Below are positions 39,093 through 49,369 of a stretch of DNA of 64,000 nt, in pieces (the first letter of the stretch is position 1; every line of letters starts with the position of its first letter). The notes below the pieces were generated by a model. The model saw only the letters and a list, made by a program, of their open reading frames with translations, made no database searches and was not told the DNA's origin. Both the position numbers and the translations under genes were made by a program. The DNA comes from an uncultured Clostridia bacterium (GTDB taxonomy: Bacteria; Bacillota; Clostridia; TANB77; CAG-508). The stretch is taken from assembly GCA_947589015.1 (NCBI GenBank), contig CANPZF010000005.1:4341-68340 (forward strand). Direction: 5' to 3'.

Positions 39093-40991
39093 TTATATTT
39101 CTACATATTTTTTTATTATTTGTTCTTTATACGTTGGTACCACTTGTTTCATTATGTCCTTAATTTTATCTTGTTGTTCATTATCGCTACTATTTAATAA
39201 ATTTTCTAATTTGTTTAACTTTTCACTTATATCATTCATATTTATGCTACTTGGTTCTGCTATATAAATTTTATCATGCTTTGTTTCTTCTAATCCTTCT
39301 TCTGCCATTAATAATTCTTCATATAGTTTTTCGCCTGGACGTAATCCTGTTATTTTTATTTGAATATCTACATTAGGTTCTAATCCAGATAATCTAATTA
39401 AATTTTCTGCCATATCATAAATTTTAACAGGTTCTCCCATATCTAATACAAAAATCTCTCCACCTTTTGCGCCAGACATAGCTTGCAATACTAAAGAAAC
39501 TGCTTCTGGAATTGTCATAAAAAATCTCGTGATTTCTTTGTGTGTAACAGTTACAGGGCCTCCTGCTGCTATTTGCTTTTTAAATAGTGGCACTACTGAA
39601 CCATTGCTTCCTAATACATTTCCAAACCTTACAGCTGCATACTCTGTATTACTTACTTTATCTTTTGCTTGAACTATCATTTCACATAAACGCTTTGTTG
39701 CTCCCATAATGTTAGTTGGGTTAACAGCCTTGTCTGTTGAAATTAATATAAACCTTTTTACATTATATTCATCAGCACAATTTACAACATTATATGTGCC
39801 AAAAACATTGTTTTTTATTGCTTCTAATGGGCTTGTTTCCATTAATGGCACATGTTTATGGGCTGCTGCATGAAATACTAAATATGGTCTAAATTTATCA
39901 AATATTTCATTTAGTCTTTCTTTATCCCTTACACTTGCTATAATTGCTTCTACTTTGATATTTGGATAATTCATCTTTATTTCTTGCTCTATATCATATA
40001 GATTATTTTCATAAATGTCCACTATAACTATTTTTTGTGGATTATATTTTACAATTTGTCTGCAAAGCTCTGAACCTATTGATCCTCCACCTCCAGTTAC
40101 TAGCACTGTTTTATTTTCTATTAAATTTCCTATTCCTGTATTATCTAGTTTTACTGAATCTCTTCCCAACAAGTCTTCTATTTCTATATCTCTAAAGCTA
40201 TCCATTAGACTTTTGTTTTTTATTAAATCTGTTGTTCCTGGTAATATTCTTACTTTGCATCCTGTTTCTTGGCATATTTTCAAAATATTTCTTTTATCTT
40301 CTTTTTTTATATTTGAAATAGTAAACAAAATCAATTCTACATTATTTTCTTTGCAAATCCTTGGTATATCATATCTAGTGCCTAATATTTTATTTCCTGA
40401 TATTGCATAATCTACTTTATTTATATTGTCATCTATTATGCCTACTACATTATACATTTCTTTCATTGTTGTCTTTAATGTTCCTAATACAGTTTTTGTA
40501 GCCTCTCCTGCACCAATTAATAATATATTCTTCTTATCTGGATTTGATTTACTTTTTGTATTAGTGTATTCTCCATTAAGTATCATCCTTAGTAAAACTC
40601 TATATCCTATAATACTAGTTACAATTATAAGTGCAGCTACCATATTAGCTCTTAGATTTACTATATCCATATTAAATATAATTTTCAACATTGCTATTAT
40701 CATATATGATATAAAACATGCTAAAACATATACTAAATAATCAGTTCCATTTTCATATCTAGTAATATTTTTATATGTTTTAAATATTTGTAATAATATG
40801 GAATATACTACTACTGCTATTATTATTGAATTTATAACAGTCATGTCTACGATGTATCTTAAATCAAATTGCCCATTTACTATTATTTCTGAAATATAGT
40901 AAGCTATGCTTATAACTATAATGTCTAATATCCTTAGAATTACATTTCTATGCTTTTTTACTAATTTCATCTTTTTCCCCTTATTATTCAA
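39093..40991 (-). CDS. Membrane-anchored UDP-sugar 4,6-dehydratase (CapD/PglF/WbpM family).
   Basis: N-terminal TM segments, then VLVTGGGGSIGSEL Rossmann and an extended SDR fold. Confidence 0.85.
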   Translation of the reverse strand: MNNKGKKMKLVKKHRNVILRILDIIVISIAYYISEIIVNGQFDLRYIVDMTVINSIIIAVVVYSILLQIFKTYKNITRYENGTDYLVYVLACFISYMIIAMLKIIFNMDIVNLRANMVAALIIVTSIIGYRVLLRMILNGEYTNTKSKSNPDKKNILLIGAGEATKTVLGTLKTTMKEMYNVVGIIDDNINKVDYAISGNKILGTRYDIPRICKENNVELILFTISNIKKEDKRNILKICQETGCKVRILPGTTDLIKNKSLMDSFRDIEIEDLLGRDSVKLDNTGIGNLIENKTVLVTGGGGSIGSELCRQIVKYNPQKIVIVDIYENNLYDIEQEIKMNYPNIKVEAIIASVRDKERLNEIFDKFRPYLVFHAAAHKHVPLMETSPLEAIKNNVFGTYNVVNCADEYNVKRFILISTDKAVNPTNIMGATKRLCEMIVQAKDKVSNTEYAAVRFGNVLGSNGSVVPLFKKQIAAGGPVTVTHKEITRFFMTIPEAVSLVLQAMSGAKGGEIFVLDMGEPVKIYDMAENLIRLSGLEPNVDIQIKITGLRPGEKLYEELLMAEEGLEETKHDKIYIAEPSSINMNDISEKLNKLENLLNSSDNEQQDKIKDIMKQVVPTYKEQIIKKYVEI

Positions 40992-41022
40992 TCTTTAATC
41001 ATTGTATTTTATTATAATACTA

Positions 41023-41526
41023 TCATTCTATTTTTTCAAGTTTTTTAGTCATTTTTTGTCGTTTTAATTTTTTCATTTTGTTAATTATTATTATAAAACA
41101 TATTCCTAAAGTAACTCCAATTGTGTCTATCATTATATCTGTTATTTGCATACTTCTTCCTGGTACAAAATATTGATGTATTTCATCTGATGTTGCATAT
41201 AGTATTCCAAATATTAAAGAATATATTATTTTATATTTTTCACATACATTATATGTATAAAATAAACTCATTAATAATAATCCCATTAAAGTATATATTG
41301 AAAGATGTGCTAACTTCCTTATAATTGTTTCAGCTGTTTCTAATATTTGTTGTTTTTCTTGCACACTTTTGCTTTGCACAAATAATATTTTAGATAAAAT
41401 TTTACGTGTTATTCCACCGCTTAAATTTCCAGATTCTTCCGCATTTTGACTGGAAAAGTTAAATATCATAACACAATTAAATATAAGTAATACTATTATA
41501 ATTGTCCTTTTTATGCAAATATTCAA
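41023..41526 (-). CDS. VanZ-family membrane protein.
   Basis: RKLAHLSIYTLMG ... YATSDEIHQYFVPGRS. Confidence 0.7.
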   Translation of the reverse strand: MNICIKRTIIIVLLIFNCVMIFNFSSQNAEESGNLSGGITRKILSKILFVQSKSVQEKQQILETAETIIRKLAHLSIYTLMGLLLMSLFYTYNVCEKYKIIYSLIFGILYATSDEIHQYFVPGRSMQITDIMIDTIGVTLGICFIIIINKMKKLKRQKMTKKLEKIE

Positions 41527-41556
41527 GTCTTTTCCTCTTTTCTTTATAATTAATTA

Positions 41557-42642
41557 TTATTTAGAATATCCTGTTTTATTAACTATTTGTGTACTTATAT
41601 TTTTTACTGTATCTGAAGGCTCATATCCTGCTTCTTCAAATAATTCTTGATGTAATCTTGTTACATTACTCTGTAATGTAATTGGTACTCCATACCATCT
41701 ATCTAGTGTTATTCCCTTTGTATCATATGGCCATCCTATACTATTTTCTATATTAAAGTTTTCAGCAATTGGCATTAATTCTAACATTTCTGATGTTGTA
41801 ATATTAGTATATATTTTGGGTGCTACTTTGTTTATAAAATTATTTAATTTAGTTACATTAAACGTTTTTACTTTATTTACTGCTGCAATTAAAACATCTC
41901 TCATTCTTTCTGTTCTTTTATAATCTCCTCCTGTTGCATATCTAATTCTTGAATATGCTAATGCTTGTTCTCCAGTTAAATTATATGCTCCTGCTTTTGT
42001 TATACCTGAAATATGACTTACTTCTTCTGATGTAATATTCATTGATACTCCACCAATTTCGTCTATAATGTCTTTAACAGCATCAAAATTTACTGCTACA
42101 AATTCTGTAATATTTAAATCTAGGTTTGTATTTAATGTCTTTATTGCTAATGGTGCTTCTCCATATGAATATGCATGTGTAATTTTATCTAATCCATGTC
42201 CTTCTATTTGTACATATGTGTCTCTATATACTGAGGCTAATTTTACTTTTTTAGTATCATTATTTATGCTTGCAATTATTATACAATCACTTCGATTTCC
42301 TTTGCTATAAGTATCTGCTCTTGCGTCAATTCCAAATATTGCTATGTTTCTATAATTTGATAAATTTTGACTTACTTCTACCGAAACTCCTAGTTCTTCT
42401 TCATCTAATTCTACATATTGCATTTTTCCAAATTTATTATCTATATACCACTTTGTTACTCCTATAATAATTGCTAATAATATCACTAATATTAACACAA
42501 TTTTACCAAAATATTTTCGTTTCTTTTTTTGTGTTTTTTTTGATTTGGTTGATTTTTGTTTTGCGTTTTTATCTACTTTTGTATCTTTTCTAAATGCTTT
42601 TGGTATTTCTTCATCTTCATCGTAAGATTTTTTTGCACTCAT
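41557..42642 (-). CDS. cpsA: LytR-CpsA-Psr (LCP) family protein, the first gene of the capsule unit.
   Basis: Basic N-terminus, one TM, LCP-like motifs (IAIFGIDAR, SDCIIIASI, LASVYRDTY). RBS AGGAGGAG. Confidence 0.8.
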   Translation of the reverse strand: MSAKKSYDEDEEIPKAFRKDTKVDKNAKQKSTKSKKTQKKKRKYFGKIVLILVILLAIIIGVTKWYIDNKFGKMQYVELDEEELGVSVEVSQNLSNYRNIAIFGIDARADTYSKGNRSDCIIIASINNDTKKVKLASVYRDTYVQIEGHGLDKITHAYSYGEAPLAIKTLNTNLDLNITEFVAVNFDAVKDIIDEIGGVSMNITSEEVSHISGITKAGAYNLTGEQALAYSRIRYATGGDYKRTERMRDVLIAAVNKVKTFNVTKLNNFINKVAPKIYTNITTSEMLELMPIAENFNIENSIGWPYDTKGITLDRWYGVPITLQSNVTRLHQELFEEAGYEPSDTVKNISTQIVNKTGYSK

Positions 42643-42668
42643 TTTCTCCTCCTAATATTCGCCTTATT

Positions 42669-44375
42669 TTACATTTTATTAGGCATTTGCATTCCTAATA
42701 GTTTGGCTCCTATTTTTAATACCTCTGCTGTTATATATGTTAATGTCATTCTAGCATTTTTTATTTGCTGATTGTCCACTATAATTTTATTTTCATTATA
42801 AAAGCTACTAAATGCCTTAGCCAAATCTATTAAATATCTTGACAATATGGATGGTTCATTTTTTTGTGTTACTTGAATTAATGTATCTTCAAAATTATAT
42901 ATTAATTTAAAAATTCTTTGAGAATATTCGTCAATTAAATTTTCTTCTATTTCTTTTATGTTAAAAATATATTTTTCTTTTTCTAATATACTTTTGCATC
43001 TTACATATGTATATTGTATATATGGTCCCGTCTCTCCTTGGAAATTTAATATAGTATTCCAGTCAAAGATTTCATCCTTTAGTCTACTATTGGCTAAATC
43101 ATTAAATATTATTGCTCCTATTCCAACCTTTTTTGCTATTTCATCTTTATCTTCTAGTTCTGGATTTTTTTCTTCAATAATATGTTTTGCCCTTTTAATA
43201 GATTCTGTTAATAAATCTTCTAGTTTTACTATCTTTCCTTCTCTTGTTGACATTTTTCCTTCTGGTAATAATACCATTCCAAATGGTACATGCTCTAACC
43301 CTTTTGTATATTTTTCATCTAGTCCTAATAATTTTGCTACTTCAAATACTTGTTTAAAGTGTAATATTTGTTCATATGACGTTACATATAATGCTTTATC
43401 AAAATTATAATTTCTTGCTCTGTATATAATTGCTGCTAAATCTCTTGTAGCATATGTTGTTGAACCATTCGTTTTTTCTATTATACATGGTGTATTTATA
43501 CCTGATTCTTCTAAATCTATGATTTTTGCTCCCTGTGATTCTGTTAATTTTCCTGATTTTTCAAGTATTTCTATTACTTCTGGCATTTTGTCTGAATAGA
43601 ATGCTTCTCCATCCCATGAATCAAAGCTACTTCCTAGTAAATCATATACTTTTTGAAATTCTTTCAAACTTAATTCTCTAAATTTTTGCCAAATTTCAAT
43701 ACAATATTTATCTCCATCTTCTAATTTTTTAAAATTATCTCTACATGAATTTAATACTTTTTCATCCTTCTTGCATAATTCATTAATTCTGATATATATT
43801 TTCGTTAATTCATCTATCGGATTTTCTTCTATATTGTATTCTTTGCCCCATAATTTATATCCTTCTATTAATTTTCCAAATTGTGTTCCATAATCTCCTA
43901 AATGATTAATACCTATTGTATTATATCCTAAATGCTTATATATGTTGTACAATGCTGCTCCTATTACTGTTGAACGTAAATGTCCTATGTGAAATGGCTT
44001 TGCTATATTAGGTGCAGAATAATCTATAACTATATTTTTTCCTTCTCCTATTTTTGATGTTCCATATTCTTGTTCTTTTTGCATCTCCTGTAATACTTCT
44101 TTTACTAATGTTTTTTTATTTATATAGAAATTTAAATATGGTCCTACTATTTTTACTTCTTCTATTATATTTATATCTAAATCTATTTTTTCTTTCAATT
44201 CTTGTGCAATTTCTTGTGGCGATTTTTTGAGTTTTTTTGCTAAAGAAAAACATGGAAATGCATAATCTCCATTTTTTTCCTCTTTTGGTTTTTCTATATA
44301 TTTTTGTATCTCTTGAATATCTATATTAGTTGCTTTCGCAAGTTGTTTAGCAATTTGCATTTTAAAACTCAACAT
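42669..44375 (-). CDS. argS: Arginine--tRNA ligase.
   Basis: HIGH motif PFHIGHLRS, KMSTR motif. Length is 568 aa. Confidence 0.9.
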   Translation of the reverse strand: MLSFKMQIAKQLAKATNIDIQEIQKYIEKPKEEKNGDYAFPCFSLAKKLKKSPQEIAQELKEKIDLDINIIEEVKIVGPYLNFYINKKTLVKEVLQEMQKEQEYGTSKIGEGKNIVIDYSAPNIAKPFHIGHLRSTVIGAALYNIYKHLGYNTIGINHLGDYGTQFGKLIEGYKLWGKEYNIEENPIDELTKIYIRINELCKKDEKVLNSCRDNFKKLEDGDKYCIEIWQKFRELSLKEFQKVYDLLGSSFDSWDGEAFYSDKMPEVIEILEKSGKLTESQGAKIIDLEESGINTPCIIEKTNGSTTYATRDLAAIIYRARNYNFDKALYVTSYEQILHFKQVFEVAKLLGLDEKYTKGLEHVPFGMVLLPEGKMSTREGKIVKLEDLLTESIKRAKHIIEEKNPELEDKDEIAKKVGIGAIIFNDLANSRLKDEIFDWNTILNFQGETGPYIQYTYVRCKSILEKEKYIFNIKEIEENLIDEYSQRIFKLIYNFEDTLIQVTQKNEPSILSRYLIDLAKAFSSFYNENKIIVDNQQIKNARMTLTYITAEVLKIGAKLLGMQMPNKM

Positions 44376-44648
44376 TTGTTATGTCACCTCTCTTAATTTT
44401 ACACTTTTATATTATAGTATTTTTTGACTTTATTGTCAATTTTTTTCATTAAAGATTATAACCCAAAAAAGGTTACAATGTTTATAAATTCTTAATGTTA
44501 CAGGATAATGGCTACAAATTTAGCTATTATCCTGTAACTTCTTAATTCTAAACTTTTACAATTTTTTTGATTTTTTTTTTATTTATTGTTACAATAAGTA
44601 TAGATTATTTTTAACTAATCAAAATATAATATTAAGGAGGAATTATAT

Positions 44649-45368
44649 ATGCCAACACCACATAATGAAGCTCAAGTAGATGATATTGCAAAAACTGTTA
44701 TAATGCCCGGTGATCCACTTCGTGCTAAATATATAGCCGAAAATTTTTTGAAAGATTATAAATTAGTAAATCAAATAAGAGGAATGTATGCATATACTGG
44801 ATTTTACAATGGTAAAAAAATAACAATAATGGCTCATGGAATGGGTATTCCTAGTATAGGAATTTATTCTTATGAATTATATAAATTCTATAATGTCGAT
44901 AATATTATTAGAATAGGTTCTTGTGGAGCATATATACCAGATTTAAAATTATTTGATATTGTTTTATCTGAATGTGTTTTTTCTGAAAGTAACTATGCTC
45001 TTACATTTAATAATGATAATTGTCATTTAGTTTATGCTAATAATGAATTGAATTCTATTATTAAGGAAACTTCAAAAAAAATTAACATTCCAATTCATAT
45101 AGGCAATACTGTGTGTATAGATTGTTTTGATCCATATGCACCTAATTTTGATAAGTTTATTGAAAGACTACCTAAAGATTTAAATCCTATCTCTGGCGAA
45201 ATGGAAGCCTTTTCTTTATTTTATAATGCTAAATATTTTAATAAAAAAGCTAGTTGCTTAATGACTGTTGTAGATTCAAAATATATAAAAGATATTGCTA
45301 CTTCTGAGCAAAGAGAAACAGGATTAAATAATATGATTAAATTGGCTTTAGAAAGTGCATGTAATTAA
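44649..45368 (+). CDS. deoD: Purine nucleoside phosphorylase (DeoD/PNP-UDP family).
   Basis: MPTPHNEAQ ... TVIMPGDPLRAKYIAE ... SGEMEA. RBS AAGGAGGA. Confidence 0.8.
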   Translation: MPTPHNEAQVDDIAKTVIMPGDPLRAKYIAENFLKDYKLVNQIRGMYAYTGFYNGKKITIMAHGMGIPSIGIYSYELYKFYNVDNIIRIGSCGAYIPDLKLFDIVLSECVFSESNYALTFNNDNCHLVYANNELNSIIKETSKKINIPIHIGNTVCIDCFDPYAPNFDKFIERLPKDLNPISGEMEAFSLFYNAKYFNKKASCLMTVVDSKYIKDIATSEQRETGLNNMIKLALESACN

Positions 45369-45373
45369 AATAA

Positions 45374-45412
45374 AAAATATCCCCAGCTGAATAACTGAGG
45401 ATATTTTTTATT
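45374..45412. terminator. Bidirectional terminator between the convergent deoD and greA.
   Basis: aaaaaATATCCCCAGctgaataaCTGAGGATATtttttattttttt. Confidence 0.6.
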
Positions 45413-45884
45413 TTTTTATTGATAAAATTTTATATTTCATTACACCTGCTGGTGCTTGAACTTCTACTATATGGTTCTTTTTTGCTCCTAATAATGCTTT
45501 TCCTAAAGGTGATTCATTTGATATTTTGTTTTCTGCTAGATTTACTTCTGTTGAACCTACAATAGTGTATTCTATTTTTTCGTCAAATTCAACATCTAGT
45601 ACTTTAACTATATTTCCTATTTGTACTGTTTCTGTGTCTATTTCTTTTTCATCTATTATTTTTGCATATCTTAATTTATTTTCTAATTCTGCTATTCTTA
45701 TTTCATTTTCTGCTTGTGCATTTTTGGCTTCATCATATTCTGAATTTTCTGACAAGTCTCCAAATCCTAAAGCTATTTTTATTCTATCTGCTACCTCTGC
45801 TCTTTTTTCTGTTCTTAAATAATTTAATTCCTTTTCTAACTTATCATATCCTTCTTGTGTTAATATTACTTCCTTTTCCTCCAT
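45408..45884 (-). CDS. greA: Transcription elongation factor GreA.
   Basis: [17 protein letters not shown] ... [11 protein letters not shown]. Length is 158 aa. Confidence 0.9.
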   Translation of the reverse strand: MEEKEVILTQEGYDKLEKELNYLRTEKRAEVADRIKIALGFGDLSENSEYDEAKNAQAENEIRIAELENKLRYAKIIDEKEIDTETVQIGNIVKVLDVEFDEKIEYTIVGSTEVNLAENKISNESPLGKALLGAKKNHIVEVQAPAGVMKYKILSIKK

Positions 45885-46164
45885 TGTAATTCTCCTTCCT
45901 TATCCTTTAAAATTATTCTCTATATTAAGGCACAAAATCAAATTTGTCAAGTATATTTTTCAAATTTTTAAAATTGACTGTTACAGTATAATGGTTACAA
46001 ACTTAGAATATTAAAAATGCTTATATATTAATATTTGCAGTCAAGACCCAGATTGTTACACCCCAGATATGTTTTGACAAAACATATTAATATATAAGCA
46101 TTTTCATAGCTGATTTTTAAATCATTATCTTGTAACAGCAGACTTTTTACTTGCAAAATATCAA

Positions 46165-46752
46165 TTATAATAACTCTTTTGCGCCTTTTAAATAATCTAC
46201 TCCTGAAAAAATAGTTGCAATCGTCTGTATTATCATCATAAATGTAACAATCACATTAAAAACTAAAAATCCATTTTCTAAATTACCACTAAAACATTGA
46301 CCAAAAGCATTTAAATCAATAAATGCCATTATTATAGCAATCATTTGTGTAACAGTCTTTAATTTTCCCCACTTAGAAGCTGCAATAACCTTTCCACCTT
46401 TTTCAACAGCAACTAGTCTATACCCTGATACTACAAATTCTCTTGCAAGCACTATAATTGGTATCCAGGCTGGTAATTTTGACATTTCAACTAACATTAC
46501 CATTGCTGCTAACACTAAAATTTTATCTGCAAGCGGATCTAAAAATTTACCAAATGTTGTTATTTGATTTCTACTTCTTGCTATATATCCATCTAATTTA
46601 TCTGTAATAGATGCTATTATAAAGATAACATCTATTATTATATATGAAATTGGTATTGTAAATATTTCTCCTTTTATATCTAAAAATGGTATTATAACCA
46701 TAATTGGAACTAATAAGATTCTAAAAACAGTTAGTTTATTTGGTAAATTCAT
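46165..46752 (-). CDS. pgsA: CDP-diacylglycerol--glycerol-3-phosphate 3-phosphatidyltransferase.
   Basis: NKLTVFRILLVP ... DKLDGYIARS ... GKFLDPLADK. Confidence 0.85.
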   Translation of the reverse strand: MNLPNKLTVFRILLVPIMVIIPFLDIKGEIFTIPISYIIIDVIFIIASITDKLDGYIARSRNQITTFGKFLDPLADKILVLAAMVMLVEMSKLPAWIPIIVLAREFVVSGYRLVAVEKGGKVIAASKWGKLKTVTQMIAIIMAFIDLNAFGQCFSGNLENGFLVFNVIVTFMMIIQTIATIFSGVDYLKGAKELL

Positions 46753-46767
46753 CTTCTCCTCCTTGTA

Positions 46768-47979
46768 TTATTTTAATAATTCTATTGCTTTTTGTAACTG
46801 AGTATCATCTTTTTCGTCTATATTTAATACATTTGTTATTTTATCTGGTAATTCTACTTTCTCATCTGGCTCTATACCAATCTTATTTATTTCTGTTCTA
46901 TTTGGAGTTAAATATTTTTCTGATGTTATTTTTAGTCCACTTCCATCACTTAAAGTTATAACCTGTTGTATAACACCTTTTCCATATGTTTTTGTTCCTA
47001 CTATTTTTGCTTTTCCTAATTCTTTTAATGCTCCTGCTAAAATTTCTGATGAACTTGCCGTATTTTCATTTGTTAAAATAACTATTGGCATGTTGATAAT
47101 TGGTTTATTTTCTGATTTTTTTACTTCTTCTTCTCCATTTTTATCTACTTCATATAATAAAACAGAATCTTTATCTGTTATATAATCTGCTATAGTTAAA
47201 GCTGAGTCAACAATTCCTCCACCATTATTTCTTAAATCTATTATTAATGATTTTATTCCTTGTTTTTCCAATTTTTCATATTCTGTTTTAAAATCTTCTG
47301 CTGTATTTTCATCAAATGCAGAAAATTCAATATATCCTATATTGTCTTGTAATTTCTTGCTTTCTACTGGATTTACCTTTATATTTTCTCTTTTTATTTC
47401 AAATTCAAGAGTTTCTTCACCTCTTTCAACTTTTACACGTACTACCGAACCTTCTTTTCCCTTGATTCTATTTGAGGCAACTGTCATATCTTCTCCCTTA
47501 TATTCTACACCATCTACTTCAATAATATAATCTCCTGGTAAAATTCCTGCTAATTCAGCTGGACTATTTTTTATAGGTGATAACACTTGTATTTTATTTT
47601 TTTCTGTATTTTCTACCATATAAATTCCTATTCCAACAAAATTTCCCATAGTATCACTCATATAATCTTCCATTTCATCTTTTGGAATATATTCTGTATA
47701 TGGGTCTTCTAATGCTTCAATATAACCTTTGATTGCACCTTCTTTTAATTTTTCCTCATCTACTTCTCCTAAATAATATTTATCAATCAATTGTCTAAAT
47801 TTACTAATATCACCTGTTATATCTTCTGCTTCTGATTTTACTAATATATATTTTTCACCATTTTCACCCTTTGTAAAATATTGATACATTACAATTGATG
47901 TCACTAAAAAAGTAACAAATATTGTTACTACTAATAGCATTAGTATCTTATAAATTTTAAATCTTTTTTTATCTTCCAT
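46768..47979 (-). CDS. ctpA: Carboxy-terminal processing peptidase (S41 family) with a PDZ domain.
   Basis: PDZ region GIGI...SPA..AGI..GD, and the S41 motifs NENTASSSEILAGAL and the downstream catalytic Lys region. The start is placed at MEDKKRF, behind RBS AAGGAAAGAG. Confidence 0.8.
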   Translation of the reverse strand: MEDKKRFKIYKILMLLVVTIFVTFLVTSIVMYQYFTKGENGEKYILVKSEAEDITGDISKFRQLIDKYYLGEVDEEKLKEGAIKGYIEALEDPYTEYIPKDEMEDYMSDTMGNFVGIGIYMVENTEKNKIQVLSPIKNSPAELAGILPGDYIIEVDGVEYKGEDMTVASNRIKGKEGSVVRVKVERGEETLEFEIKRENIKVNPVESKKLQDNIGYIEFSAFDENTAEDFKTEYEKLEKQGIKSLIIDLRNNGGGIVDSALTIADYITDKDSVLLYEVDKNGEEEVKKSENKPIINMPIVILTNENTASSSEILAGALKELGKAKIVGTKTYGKGVIQQVITLSDGSGLKITSEKYLTPNRTEINKIGIEPDEKVELPDKITNVLNIDEKDDTQLQKAIELLK

Positions 47980-48065
47980 TACAACTCTCTTTCCTTTCTT
48001 GCACAAATTTAGGGTAAAAAATCTCCTCATAAGATAGAAAATTTTGACATTAAAATTTGTAAACT

Positions 48066-48085
48066 GGGCGGAATATATCCCGCCC
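48066..48085. terminator. GC-rich hairpin downstream of the M23 peptidase gene (minus orientation).
   Basis: GGGCGGaatatatCCCGCCC, followed by a weak U-tract. Confidence 0.4.
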
Positions 48086-48126
48086 ATACAAAATTATATG
48101 ATATATAATTTAAATTTAATGCATTT

Positions 48127-49344
48127 CTATGGCAAATAATTACGTGGATTTACACAAGAACTATAGCCATAACTAGGTGTTCTAATCTCAAAATGTAGAT
48201 GAGCCCCTGTAACATTTCCAGATGCACCAGATAACATTATCTGTTGGCCTTTAGTTACTGTTTGACCTGCACTGACTTGCACACTAGAAGCATGTGCATA
48301 AAAACTATATACATTGTTTCCATGATATATTTCAACAAAGTTTCCATAAGCTGAATTATATCCTGTATCAAAAACTTGCCCATTTCCTACAGCATATACT
48401 GCTGTACCTTGTGGAACTGGGAAATCAACTCCTGTGTGATATCCTGAACTCCAATATTTTCCTGCTACACCATATCCTGTTCCAATACTATGATTTGATA
48501 CTGGCCATCCAAATCCATATGAACTTGTTGCATTACTGTTTAAATTATTTGATTGACCTGAGCTACTTGAATTATTTTTTTGACTTAGTTCTTTTTGCTT
48601 TCTATCATATTCTTCTTTCATTTTCTTAATTTTGCTACTAATTTGGCTTTCATAACTCTTCAATTCTTGTATCTCATTTGCTAACTCTTTTTCATCTTCT
48701 GATAATTGTGCTACTTGGTTGTCTTTCTCTTGCTTTGTAGCTTTTAATTGTGTTGATATACCTTGTTTGCTAGCTTTTGAAGTTGCTAGTTCTTGTTTAC
48801 TTGCTTCTAAACTTTGTTTTGCTTTTTCTATTTCTTGCTTTTGTTCTTGTATTTTCTTCATTAAATCTGTATCAGCTGTAGCAATTTCTGTTACAAGATA
48901 ATAGTTTGAAATCAAATCTACAATATTTTCTGATGAAAGTAAAACATCTAAATATGAAGTTTCTCCTGCTTCATAAGCTGCTACTAATCTTGCATTTAAA
49001 AGTTCCTCTTGTTTTTTATAATCTTCTTCTGATTTTTGTATATTTGCTTCAGCTTCTGAAATTTTAGAATTTAAGTCTGATATTTTTCCATCTAATTCAT
49101 TTATTTGATTTTCATATTGTGAAATTTGCGTAGATAATTCTTCTACTTGTTTCAACGTTTGTGATTTTTCATTTTGAACTTTTTCTAAGTTTTCTTGTGT
49201 CTCTTTAATTTTTGAATTGGTTTCACTTTGTTCATTCTCTAATTGCTTTTGCTCACTAGTATTAGCTATTACTATACTACTATTTTGCATTACAATTATT
49301 GATGTTATAATTGCTATTAATAAATTTCTACATATTTTTTTCAT
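48127..49344 (-). CDS. Coiled-coil M23 family peptidoglycan endopeptidase (EnvC/PcsB-like), paralog 1.
   Basis: Signal peptide, long heptad-rich N-terminal half, C-terminal M23 HxxxD and HLHFE motifs (GYHTGVDF, AHLHFEIR). Confidence 0.8.
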   Translation of the reverse strand: MKKICRNLLIAIITSIIVMQNSSIVIANTSEQKQLENEQSETNSKIKETQENLEKVQNEKSQTLKQVEELSTQISQYENQINELDGKISDLNSKISEAEANIQKSEEDYKKQEELLNARLVAAYEAGETSYLDVLLSSENIVDLISNYYLVTEIATADTDLMKKIQEQKQEIEKAKQSLEASKQELATSKASKQGISTQLKATKQEKDNQVAQLSEDEKELANEIQELKSYESQISSKIKKMKEEYDRKQKELSQKNNSSSSGQSNNLNSNATSSYGFGWPVSNHSIGTGYGVAGKYWSSGYHTGVDFPVPQGTAVYAVGNGQVFDTGYNSAYGNFVEIYHGNNVYSFYAHASSVQVSAGQTVTKGQQIMLSGASGNVTGAHLHFEIRTPSYGYSSCVNPRNYLP

Positions 49345-49369
49345 GAGTTCCTCCTAAAAATAATATACC

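Noticed and set aside
44376-44648. Looked for a T-box leader upstream of argS.
   Set aside because: No match to the conserved T-box sequence (AATTAGGGTGGNACCGCG) or a specifier-loop architecture was found by eye. Only the hairpin motif described in the findings is present.
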